In this document: piece after piece, positions 14,001 to 27,098 of the stretch
Layout of the letters: each line of letters begins with the position of its first letter
Position numbering within the stretch: position 1 is the stretch's first letter
Source: Chrysomallon squamiferum
Lineage: Eukaryota; Animalia; Mollusca
Direction of reading: 5' to 3'
DNA: 64,000 nucleotides
Assembly: GCA_012295275.1 (NCBI GenBank)
Contig: CM022665.1
Location: 13,082,001 to 13,146,000, forward strand
Notes under the pieces: generated by a model
Seen by the model: the letters and a program-made list of their open reading frames with translations, nothing else
Told to the model about the DNA's origin: nothing
Databases searched by the model: none
Translations under genes and position numbers: made by a program

Positions 14001-17000
14001 TAATACCGTTACTGTACACTTTATTTATAGTATTTATTAGTAAAATCCTTGTTTAGTATTCAATTTTTCTAAAATTATTCTGTAAACAGTAATGTTTAAA
14101 ATAAATAAATAATAAAGCTTTCAAAAATTTAAAATAATAAAGTATTTTGATACGGTAAATTATTAATTAACATACAGGAAAAACAACAATGCTTTAATAT
14201 ATCTCTTTAGAACAAAACTATAATAATAATGATAATAATAATAATAAGAAGAAGAAGAAGAAGATGAAGAAAGAAAGAAAGAAAGAAAAAGATATAAAAT
14301 TAAAAATTTTAAGGATGAGGGAAAAAAGAAAACACATGAAATAAATTTAAATATATATATCCTTGTGGTATCAGTTTTGACACAGATAAGCAACAATCTG
14401 CATTGTGCAGAATTAACAATGTTTTTCTTGTTATTACTGACAGAGACAAAACATATACATGATTAAAATATAAACATTAAATTCATTATATATTGCGAGT
14501 TTTGTTTGTTTCTAGTTAGTATGTGCATACTATAACATTCTTACCTTTTTAATCCAGTATGGCTAAAAATTGCCTTATGAAAAACAGTACTTTTAGCTAT
14601 ATTGTTATGTTAATTGTTTAATCTTACCGCAAACATGCAAATAGGAAACACTGATTTATTTGGTAGGTAAAAACAAATTTTCGTAAACAAAATATTCACC
14701 ATATCATGCACACTTGTTATTTAATGAAGATGCGTCAAAACACATACAGAGACGATATATATACATGTATATATTTTAAATCAGAAAAAAATAATAATAA
14801 TAATAACAATAAAATTTTAAAATAAAATAAAAAAAATAAAAAATAAAATAAATTAAGATATATGTTATTAATAACTGATTACCAAAAAGTATCACAAAGG
14901 GAAATGTTAACAATTCATAAACCAAAAACACACACAAACATAGTTTTAAGTTAAATGTTGGGAAAAATATGTCAAATTATTCAAAACATTTATTACCCTG
15001 CCCTCCAACACAACCTTTTATATGTACAATTTATAAAATCTTGCCTGACAGGCATGTATTAATAAAACATGCCAAAATGTAAAGTAAGATTTAGAACGTA
15101 AGCTGATTATTAACAGTAAGAACTGAACTCATTCTAAGAAAATATAATTTATTATCTTGCCAAATCCTGAACAAAAAGAAAAAAAGGAGAAAATAAACAA
15201 AAAAAACATTTTAAAAGTTAGTATATTAAGAAAGAGTCAATGAAAAAAACATGATTAATATTATTAAATGATAATGGAGAATGAAAAGTATTAACAATAA
15301 ATCAGAAACAGAAAAATTAATTTAAATAAGAAAAAAGACTTTAATAAATAAATAATTGTAGGTTGGATGATTTTTGGGCTGTAGGTTGCTACCCACGTGT
15401 TAAATTAATTACAACTATTTTATTTTAAAACAAGAAACAAAAAAATAAACAGTTGATCTGATTTTATCTGACTATATGTTGGTTAAATATAGTTAGGTGT
15501 ACTAAAAATGAAATTAATCTTTCACCTATATACACACGTAAACAAAAGCATCACACATTCACAAATACACCCTCACACAAACATACATATATACATAGAT
15601 ACATACATACACACATACAAACACACACAACATGACACTCTTCAGGGTTCATGCTAGGCTAGCTAACAGTTCACAGAGAAACAAAGAACTTAAAAGAAGG
15701 CCTATTAAACCAATTTCTTTGTGGCTGAAAGTGAGGAAACTGCAACTGTCAGCACCATTATTTTTAACACGTTATTTTTGTTTGTGATTTATTTATTTAG
15801 TCCTTTGTGTTTATAAAACTATACATAATAGACGAAGAAGAGAAAAAAATAAATAATTAATACTCACTAGCACATATAAAAACATGCATAGATCAAATAT
15901 ACAAGAACAAACAGATATCAAAGTATAAATCTAAAATACCAGACTAACATAAAAATATAACAATAAACTAGCCAATCTTAATTCAATTACTTTTTTTTTT
16001 AAAACAGCATTTTAAATTTTCACATAAATCACATAGTTTAAATATTTCAGATTCAGTGTATTCTAAGATATGTTTTAAGTCCATAAAGTTGAAATAATTT
16101 ACTTTTTAGATATATAAAAAATATAGAATACCATTAAATTAAATTAATATAAAATAGATTTTAAAAATTAAATATAAGAAAAAATATATGAATAAATAAA
16201 TAAATAATAATAAAAAGAAACAAATTAAATTAAAAAAATAAATCAAAATCAAAAAGATAAATTAAACTAAATCATTAAAAACATTTAAATTTGGTTAAGT
16301 GTACTAAAAATAAGATAAATCTTTCACCTATATACACACTTAAACAAAAAGCATGCATATAATCACACATTCACAAATACACTCTCGCACAAACATTAAA
16401 TAAATAAATAATTAAATAAAAAAATTTTTATGATTTGAAAATAACATTTCAAAATAATGAGCAAATGAATAACTAAAAATAAATAAATAAATAAATGATT
16501 TATTTCTATGACATGAAACTTACAAAAAATCAGATAAAGATTATAAATCTATTACTTACTTAGATGTGTTCAGCTGCTGTAGAACCTGCTGTAGTGTTCT
16601 CAGTTTTGCTGCAGCTTCTGAAGGAGCCAAAGAATCATCAGACAATTGACTGTGTTCATCCTCCATAGGAGGTACCAATTGTTGATCAGCATCTCCTACA
16701 GAGACACCAGCTTCAACAAGTTCTCTTTCACTAAGGCTTCCCTGCTCTTGTTGTCCTGGCAACACAGACTGAATCTTTTCAACAGGTGTGTAGGTTAAAA
16801 ACCTTTCCTCCAACGAACAGGTATTCTCAGGGTCAACACTGCTTGTTGTTGGTTGTTGACTCATATCTTGTGTTTCTAATGAATACAGATTCCAGTTGTT
16901 TCTATTGTCTAAGGGGGTGCCATCTCCTTCCAGAACAGATTGCTGAAGTTTGGGAACACCAGTGTGTTTGAGAGAGGAAGGAAGAACTGGATCAGTATCA

Positions 17001-20000
17001 CAGTAATTTGCTTGAAGTGAAGTCTGTTTCAAAATACTTTGATCATCAGATGATACCAATGTCTCTCCTGTCGCGTCTGGCAAATCCTGATGAGAAGTAA
17101 CTGAAATTTTTGTGTTTGTTTCTGTGTCCAAAGAATCATCCAGAGAATCAGCTGAAAAGCTTTCATCAGTGGATTCATTTCTGATCAGTGGAGACATCTC
17201 TTCTCCACTTTTCAAAGCATTAAATGAAGAGTTGAGACTTTTTTCTGGTACATGACCTAATGAGTCACTGGATATGTCAGGATCAAAGTCAGATTGTGAT
17301 TTATTAATTTCCATTGGGCACATTAGCTCATCATCTCTTTGGAGTAAAGTGCTAGGATCTATTTCTGAACAAACGCCATCCTCAAAGAAACTTGGAATAT
17401 CAGCAGTGTCTGTCATATTCTTATCATCATCATCAGATGCACAGTAGGGTATTCTACCTGGTAGAAATATTTCTACTGGAATGTCTTTGTTCCTTTTCAA
17501 TCTCTTGCTGGTCTTTTCCCACAGTAATCCAGGTTTATACAAAGATGGTTGCTGATGTTCTCTTTTCCTTCCAGCTTTCACAGGTTTTGTTTCTTTAGAT
17601 GTTTCTTGTGATATGTCATCAACATGGAATGCTGCTGTGTCTTTCTCCAGTGATGCTGATCTGACAGTGACATCTGTGCCGGTGCTGTCACTGTAATCAG
17701 CTACAAATATAGATGGAATGCTGTGATTAGAACCAAATGGACAGCTGTCTGAGGAGCTGACCAACTCAGCTGGTTCAAGAGGATCTGCAGGAGCTGTTTT
17801 CCATACAAGATTTTCTGAGGACACGTTCTCTTTGAAAACAAACCCAGAGGGAACAACAACACTCTCTTCCTTTTTGTACTGTTCCAGCTCTGCCAGTACA
17901 CGTCTGTCTGGTTCAGAATGTGGTCGTTCAATATCTCTGTTTCGTTTGGGTCTTCTTTTCACACAACTTGTATCAACAGAAACATTAGGCTCAGACTGCA
18001 TTGAATTCTTGACAAGTTCTTCTTCCCAGACTGCTTCAGGAACACTGGCCAGACTTGAAGCACTGGCAAACTGGAATGACCTTGCCCTTCTTGGCCTAAG
18101 TCTGCTTGGACTTAACAAGGCACTGGTGGATTCATCCAATAAAGTCTCTCTTGACTTTGAACTCATAATGGGACAAGACTGCATAGTGTCAGGCCCTGGT
18201 TTTTGTGATCTTCTTTTTGTTGGTGTTATTTGATCTTGAGATCTGTGGAAATGTTGAGGAGTAGTTGGGATATGAGGGTCTCTCTTACTTCTTAGAAATT
18301 TGCCTTTCAAATCTTGTCTTGGTGGAGGAGTCTTGTAAAGTCTGTCTGTCACTGACTTGGCTGTTAAACTTAATCTCTTCTTCTCAGCTGCACTCTGTTT
18401 TAGATTCTCCTTTGAAGAGAATGGATCCAGAGAGTCAAAACTGCCATAGTCTAAAGAATCCAGGGAATTAGCACTGTTGCTTGAAACTGAACGCTTATTT
18501 GGTAAACCACCAAACTGTTTGGGCTCTTTTCTCATTATGGTGGACATACTGGCTGTTCTTGAAGGGAAACCAGAATCTCTTTCAAGATCAATGTGCAAAG
18601 CTTTCTCACTGGATGCTTTAGCAAGGGGTCTTGGCTGATCTTTTTGCACATTGAGCAAATCTACTTTCTCCTCAAGATACAACTCCAGTTGTGTCTGCTG
18701 CATCTCCAGGTTTTTCACAACTTCCACTTCAGCTGTGATGCGATCATAGTCCATGGCATCCTCCTCCCTCAAATGTTGTTCTAAGGCCTGAATGTCCTTC
18801 ACCTTGCACTCAAATTCATGTTGAGTCTCAGCAAACTGCTCTTCCAGTTCTTCAGCTTGTGATGCAAGACTTTCTCCTTCCTTTCTCAGAGATATAACAT
18901 CAAGGAGTTCACGTTGGGAGATCATTTTTACCTGTTTATTTAAAACATTAAAAGTATTATTCAAGTAACAATTTTTTTTAAAAAGAAGAGAAAATTATTA
19001 TAATCATCTAGCAATATCAATGACTTGACAATGCGGTAATACATATATTTGTTATTGTGAGTTGTCCATGAAATGAAGGTATCAGGTTCCTCTCTTATAT
19101 CATCATTAACCAGTAAATGTAAGACTGCTGTATAATAACTATTAATATTGAAATATTTTATACATTCTTAAGCATTTGTTCATTAACCATGGATCAGAGG
19201 CAACCATTTTAAGATTAACAAATGCCAAAGTGTCAGTGAACAAATATTAATTCATTATGGCAAATAGTAATAGTTTCACCAATACCTGTCCTTCTACTGA
19301 TGTTTTCCGCTTTCTGATTTCCTTCCCATCATCACCAGTAATGGGGACATCACCCACTGAGATGCCAAACTCAGTCTGCATAGACTTTGGTACAGTGCTG
19401 GTGTGGCCCAGAGCTTTCAGATGCTGTTTGAGTTGTTCTATTTTCAGTAACTCCTGTTTAATTTTTCTCTGACCTGTGCACATAACAGACAAAAATAATG
19501 TAAATAAACAAATAAAAACAGAACATTGAAAATGAAAGACAATTAATATTGAATCAAAGATAATTGAAATGACATCAAAGATAAATGAAATGTGATAAAA
19601 TAAAATGAAATAAAATTGAATAAAATAAAATAAAATGCAACAGAATAAAATACAATACAGTACAACATAATAAAATAAAATAAAGTAAAATATATAAATA
19701 GCATAAAATAAAATTAAATATAATAAATAAACAAAAGAAAAAGAAAATTTAAAATATAAATAAGATAAATTAATTTAATTTAATATAAAATAGAAACAAA
19801 ATCAAATAAGATAGAAATGAAATAAAATAAATGTAAAATTATTATCAAGCTAAAAATAAACAAGATATTTAAAAAAAAAAAAAATTAAATCAATGAAATA
19901 AAATGAAATAAAATTATTAAAACAATTAGGCATGAAATAAAAAAACAAAATGAAATGTCTTTTAAAAAATCAATACATAATCATTAAATCATTTTTTTTT

Positions 20001-21227
20001 ATTATCACTTCAAAGTTAAATATACAAAATAAAACAAGAAAATAGGAATAAAATGAAATACATTTTTTTTTAAATAAAAAGCATTATCAACGTAAAATTA
20101 AATAAAATGAAAATTTAAAAAATAACAAAATAAAATGCGGTGAAACATAATTAAATAAATTAAATGAGAAAAAAAAATGAAAATAAAATTTTTAAAATCC
20201 AAAAATATATAAAAATGATTTTAAAAAAATAATTAATTTTATTTTTTTAAAATTAAATAAAATCAATAATAAATTTAAACAGAATAATAAAAAGAAATTA
20301 AACAAAAGAAAAGGAAAACAATACAAACAACAAATTTAGTAAATTTAATAAAAATTAAGCAGTAAAAAAAGGGAAATTTTTTTATTTTAAATAAATGACA
20401 TTAAACAAAGCAAACAAAATAAAAAATTTGTCGAGTTAAAAGTAAATAAAACAAATAAATAAAATAATCAAATAATGAAAATAAATTTTAAATAAAAAGA
20501 AAAGAAAATGTATATAATTTAAAAATTAAAAAACAATAATAATAAATTTATCAAGTTAAAAGTAAATAAATAAAATACTTATTAAAAAACAAAATGAAAA
20601 TAAAGAAAATAACTAAAACACACACAAAAAAATCTATTCTATAGCAAACAAATCATAAATAAAATTAAAGATTTAGATTAAAGAAACAAAAGAAAATAAA
20701 TAACAAAAACAAAAGGTTATCATTTTTTTTTATATATATATATATATAAATAAAACTAAATTCTATATGTAAAATATAGAAAGTAAATAAATAAATAAAT
20801 AAATAAATAAAGCTAGAGCAAAAATTTTAATAAAAATTTTAAGTAAAGCAACCAAAACAGAATAAAACCACCAATTTTTATATTTTTTTTTTTTTATGTT
20901 ATCAGCACTCACTAGCTTCCTGTTCTTCTTTCAGTTTTCTTCTTGCTGCAGCTATTTCTGCTTCTTCGTGTAACTTTTCTGCATGTGTCTGACTGATCAT
21001 CAACTGTAGTTGACGTTTTTCCTCCTCCAGTTCTGCGAACCGCTCATCATGACTCTTCCACATCTGTTCCTCTCTCTCCTCTTTGAGCTCTTTTGCTCTC
21101 TCAATTTCAGCATGAAGACGTTCTAGCTCAATTCTGGAGAGAGATGATGAATGAATGAATGAATGAAACAAATTAAATAGAAATTAAATAAAATAAAATA
21201 AAATAATAAAATTAATCTAAAAAAAAG

Positions 21228-21281
<54 letters not shown>

Positions 21282-23069
21282 TTATAAAAACTCTAGCTAT
21301 GGATACATAAACACTCATTTAATTTGTTTTAATTAATTATTCACTTCTCTTTATTAATCCAACAAGAAAACAGAAGAAAAAAAAAAGAAGACACAAAACC
21401 AAACCATAAGACAAGAAATAAAAATGACACAACTACAATAAATAGGTCACTGTGACCTAATATTATTGATTCACATAATTATAAGACAGAGAATCAACTA
21501 AATGAAGTGTAAAACAAAAACTGAATCAATATTCACCAGAATATATTATCTACAGGAAACTTAGTGTGAAACTGTGAATACAAACTAAACAGTTTCTCTG
21601 TGACTGGAGTGAGCCAAAGCTGTCTTGTAAAATATCATTTTCTTACGTAACATACTCACTGTAAAGTTTCTTATCCCAAAAAGGCAGACACTTTTAATCT
21701 CATTCTGTATTTTAATCACTTTGTATTACACAAACATTAACCAACATAGTGACAATTCAAGAATATATCTGTCATAGACAAATTAAACACAATTATAAAT
21801 TAAATAAATATATATCTATAAATATATAAATAAATGTGAGATTAAGAACAAATGACAGGCAGTAAACAGAAGGGTCAAGAGAAAGTTTTGGAAACACAGA
21901 CGCAAAATGAATTGTAAGGTTAAATGAAAGTTTTGGAAACTCTAACACAAAAAAGCATTGACTGTGTTTCAGTATCTTGTTTTTGATATGTTTTCTTTGG
22001 CTCTGTGATTGCAGGGCTGGAAGGAAGCCAAAAGTCTTTTCAAGTTGACCATTGCTAGGTTTAGAAAAGCAGCTGGTTTTATGAGCAGTTCAATCAAAAA
22101 CAGATAAACCAACACTTGTGTAGTGACAATAGATGTTTACCTTTCAGAAACGACTTGACGAATAGGGTCAAATTGTGACATGACTTGTGACGTACATGTA
22201 AGAATTACGATGGAGAAATGATTTAATGTTGTCTTTATTGCATGTGAAATTACTGCTGTAATCTTTAGAACAGATTGTTGTAAGTGACAGTCATTGAAAA
22301 TCTTTTTTAAATCACTTTTGAAATACTTTAATATATATATATATATATATGTGACTTTATTTTAAAAAAAGAAGTTTATTCTACTTAAAGGTAGGTATTA
22401 CAATACCAGAAAAACAGCTTTTCCCCAGAACGAGCTTCTCAAAAATACAGTGATATTGTTCTGTGATGCATCCACTAATTAATGAATCATACACACAGAC
22501 ACACATATCTACATATGTATGTACGTACATACACATAAAAACACACACACGTACATATGCACACACACACACATATACATACATACATATATAAATGCAC
22601 AGTCACATACACACATGCACAGACATATCTATTCATATAAATACATGTATATATTTTAAAATATATACATACAAATACACAAACATATGTAATAGAAGTG
22701 TACATGCACTCATGCCCAAACATCTATACACAACCACACAAAGAACTGCACAGACTTTAAAAGAGGACAATAACTGCCAGAAGATGTTTATCATGTAATT
22801 TAAATAATAATAAAGAGAGTGAAAGTAAAAATATACTGTTTGACCTTCCTTCAACAGCACTGTTTTTTTAAAACTCAACTCTTGTCTTTAAATCTGTGAC
22901 AAAGTTTTTCCTAAATAACAAGTTGTGATTTTTAATTTTATACATTTAATTAAAATTACATTATTTCAGTGTATATCTTTGTTGTTCTAAATCATATCAA
23001 AAAGAAAATTAAGTATAGCCAAAAAAAAAAAAAAAAATATTCATAAAAATTAATAATAAAAATAAATAA

Positions 23070-23104
<35 letters not shown>

Positions 23105-24275
23105 AACTAACATTAAAAAAAAAGGCATTAACCCTTGCCCTTTTATTCAATACAGATGCTTCTGGCATAACAACCTATGTGTTTAACAACTACACAGGCT
23201 TTCAACCACCTCTTTTAACAAGTATTGTGCACTGAATGAGAACTTTGGTTGTAAAAAGCATCTTATTATACATTAACCTTTCTGTCTTAGTCTCATTCCT
23301 ACAGTCTGTCAGTATTCACTACACTAGTGTTTGCAATCTCCAAGACTACATATTTCATCTATATATTTCTACTTTATGGCACACCCCTTGGTATAAGATG
23401 TAATTGTTGTATTTTTACATTCTGTATTATGTAAGAGTTATGCAAATTAAAACAAAATTCCTTTAGACCTTTTCTTTATTCAGAATAAACAGATTATGCA
23501 AGTATCCAAAACTAATTGATGTATATTAGTTTTATTACATTTTTTTTCATCTGTTATGTTTATTACAGCATGTTTATTAAAAATATAACAAAAATTTTAT
23601 AAATGGTGCAAAGGTGACATTAAAACAATATCTAAAGATGGCTGACACAAACCCCCAACCAGTACAGTGTACTTGAAATATCAGTAAGATATTGCTTATT
23701 GACCAGCATAAACTGATCTCAGTTGTTAAGTGAGGAATGTCTGTATTTTATTCAGTCAGTATAAATAACAGTTCAGAATAGGTGCAGGCTTGTACTGTCA
23801 CTGATGTGTGCTGTAGAGAATAATTCATGATATGCAAATCATAAATCTATCAGATACATAACAATATCTGACTCACTGAGAAACCATTTATCTTTTCCTG
23901 GAAATTCAATTGATACAAATTGTAGTTTCACTTTCATATTTTTTCTTCAGAATTTTCTTTTCATATATATATGAATACAAATGACAATCCTATTAAAGAA
24001 ATGTTCAGTGGGTGAAAGAAATTAGTCATCAAAATATGCATTACTAACAGATGTATTATATCTCTTCAGTTATTTATTTAAGTGGTTTTGGGGGTTGTAT
24101 TATTTTTTTTATTTTTTTTTTTAATCTACTGGTTTGTTTATTGTTTTGTTTTTTATTTTTTAGTGAATAATGGAAAGCAACAATCAAAATTCTAGGTACT
24201 TAATTTTCAAATAAAATTTAACCATAAATAATTTTTGTTGTTGTTGCTGCTGTTGTTATTTTTAATATTATTATA

Positions 24276-24313
<38 letters not shown>

Positions 24314-26313
24314 ACAATGAACTCAAAAAGAAAAAAAAACATTTCTTACTCTAATTTCAGATATATTTCAGATATATTTCCTATCATTTTTTTTCAAAAT
24401 TGTAAGTTGATTAATTATTAACACAAATCAATATTGCTAGTGAATAATGATAATGAAATTAAAAGGTCTATTGTATGGAAGATACAATTCCAGATAATAC
24501 TTCCTACACAACAAACAAAATGACAGTCTTTGCAAACTGTTTTGGTCTCTCTCTATTGATTTTTCTCTGATCTGTGACTGGTAATTATTGCTGGAGTAAC
24601 AGTTTATATTAATTTATATCCATGTAATAAAACATGTAAATATGAAATCCAGTATATGATTAAATACAGATATTAATATATTTAATGTATAGATACCTGA
24701 ATGTAACACACACACACACACTTTCACATACTTACACAGACATAGACACATACATATACAAATACACACACAAATATATTTTCACACACATATTCATACA
24801 TGCATACACACACATTCATACATATACACAGATACACACATATATCCATCCATCCATCCCATCCATACATACATAGACACACACACACAGACACAGATAC
24901 ATACACATATATATAAACATAGACAGATACACATACATATATACACACATACACACACACACACACACACACAAATATATCCAGACATACATACATAAGT
25001 ACATACTACTTAAATAAACACATTAAACACACCCAGATATATACATACATACATACATACATACATACATACATACACACACATATACAGACATGCCTTT
25101 ACACACATACATACACACAGACACACACACATTTACACCCTGAAACACAAACATACAATCAGAAAAATATATATATACATACATTAACAATAACAATAAT
25201 AATAACAACATCAATACTAATACCTTTCCAAAATCTACCAACCTTTTTCACGAGACTGCAGCATTAAGAAATATTTTAAATATTTACAAACAGACATTTC
25301 GAGTACACATCAGAGACATCTATTAACTACAGCAGAAATTCACTGTATAATCATAGCTACATGCTGCCTTCTTCATCTTGACAAAAATCAATATGGCCAC
25401 CTGAAACCGTGACAACCTCTGAGAGCAGACGTTATGTCATGCAGCGAACTCCAATTAATCAATCAGGAACAGAATAACGATTATAAACCAAAGTCAATTT
25501 TCAGTTTGCCGGTATTAAAATTTTTAGAAAAATGAAACTATGATCTTCATTAATCTTCATTTTTATTTTTTCTCCAGTGGTAATAGAATGATGATTAGTA
25601 TCTTGGTTTAGAAATGTATAAATGAAAATATTCTCTCATGAATAATGCTTGGCAAGTTACAGGATCAATTGTCCTTAATGAAACCTTTGAGTTTTTTCCA
25701 TTTGAGCCAGATTCTATGACTTGCTTTTCATGGTCTTTGGTTGGGAATTTTCTGGGACATGATTGAAATAGTTTTATAATGGAAATACTTCAAACCAGAA
25801 AAATAGTTTGCTTTTTTATTGTTGTTGTTATTTTTTTTATCAATATTTGATTTGGTTTCATAAATAATTAAATAATTTTTTTAATTTAATTAATGAAGGC
25901 ATACAGATTTACTGTGTCTGTAATCACATAGTTCTTGTTCATAGTTGTATAAAAGAGGAAACCCACAGCAGCCAAGTTATAGTCTATTATTAGCAATTAA
26001 CAGCAAAGGATCTGACATGTACACAGGACAACACATACCAAGTTTTTTTTAATAAATATATTATATGACATACCTGGCTTGTTCTATTTTCTCCTGCTCT
26101 GTTTTACATTTTCGTTCCAACTCAAGACTGAAAGATAAAAACAAAGATTTATTCACAAATCACAAAAAATAGTAAAAACAATATAGAAATAATTACAGAA
26201 TGGTTTTTGTTTTTACTTTAGTATCTTAAGAGTTTCAGTAATTGTATATAAACTTGTCTGGAACATGAAGTTGCTCTCAGAAAATGCTGCAATATACTTT
26301 AGAAGTACTGAAA

Positions 26314-26359
<46 letters not shown>

Positions 26360-27065
26360 TTATTATTATTATTATTATTATTTATTTATTTACTTATTTA
26401 TTTATTTATTTTTTCTAAATGATCTTTTATGGGTTTGTAAGAGATTAATGAAATATTATAAAATTGGTAAATTATGTTTATGTATATTTGAAAGTAACTG
26501 ATTTACACATCTAAATGTAATTATATAAGTTTAAAGTTACAAGACTGTACTTTCTGAAAGCTAATGATTTAACCAGAACAGATTTTATATAAAATATTGA
26601 ACTTTTTTTTTTAGGATCTTAATTATTTGTGAAATGGTATAATGTTTAATTAATTACTTAATTTTCTTTTAAGTTTTGTTTTGTGTTTCTAATTTATTCT
26701 TTATTTATTTTTATTTATTTATCTGTTTATTTATTTATTTTTTATGTTGTGTTGTTATTATCAAAAATATAAATTAAAATATTTCTTCTTATCACTATAT
26801 AACTCATAAAATACAATATTCCTGAGCATATTGCTGTAAAGATAATATATAGTAAAATAAATAAAGAACATAATAAATTCAGCCATTGTTATTACATGAA
26901 ATCAATATATATATATTAGCATGCTTTATATGTATATTATGACAATTTATTATAGTTTGGTACCGACTGCAATACATCAGAAACAAAATGATGTTTCATC
27001 AGTTTTGGGAAAAATCATTTAAACCACTAGTTAAATAAAACCTGCTAAATTATGACATCACAAAC

Positions 27066-27098
<33 letters not shown>

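Noticed and set aside
23877-23897. 21-nt ag|...|gtgagt segment resembling a microexon
   Set aside because: In the required phase 2 it reads AGG AAA AGA TAA (stop). It could only be a poison exon, and it shows that chance 3n candidates occur.
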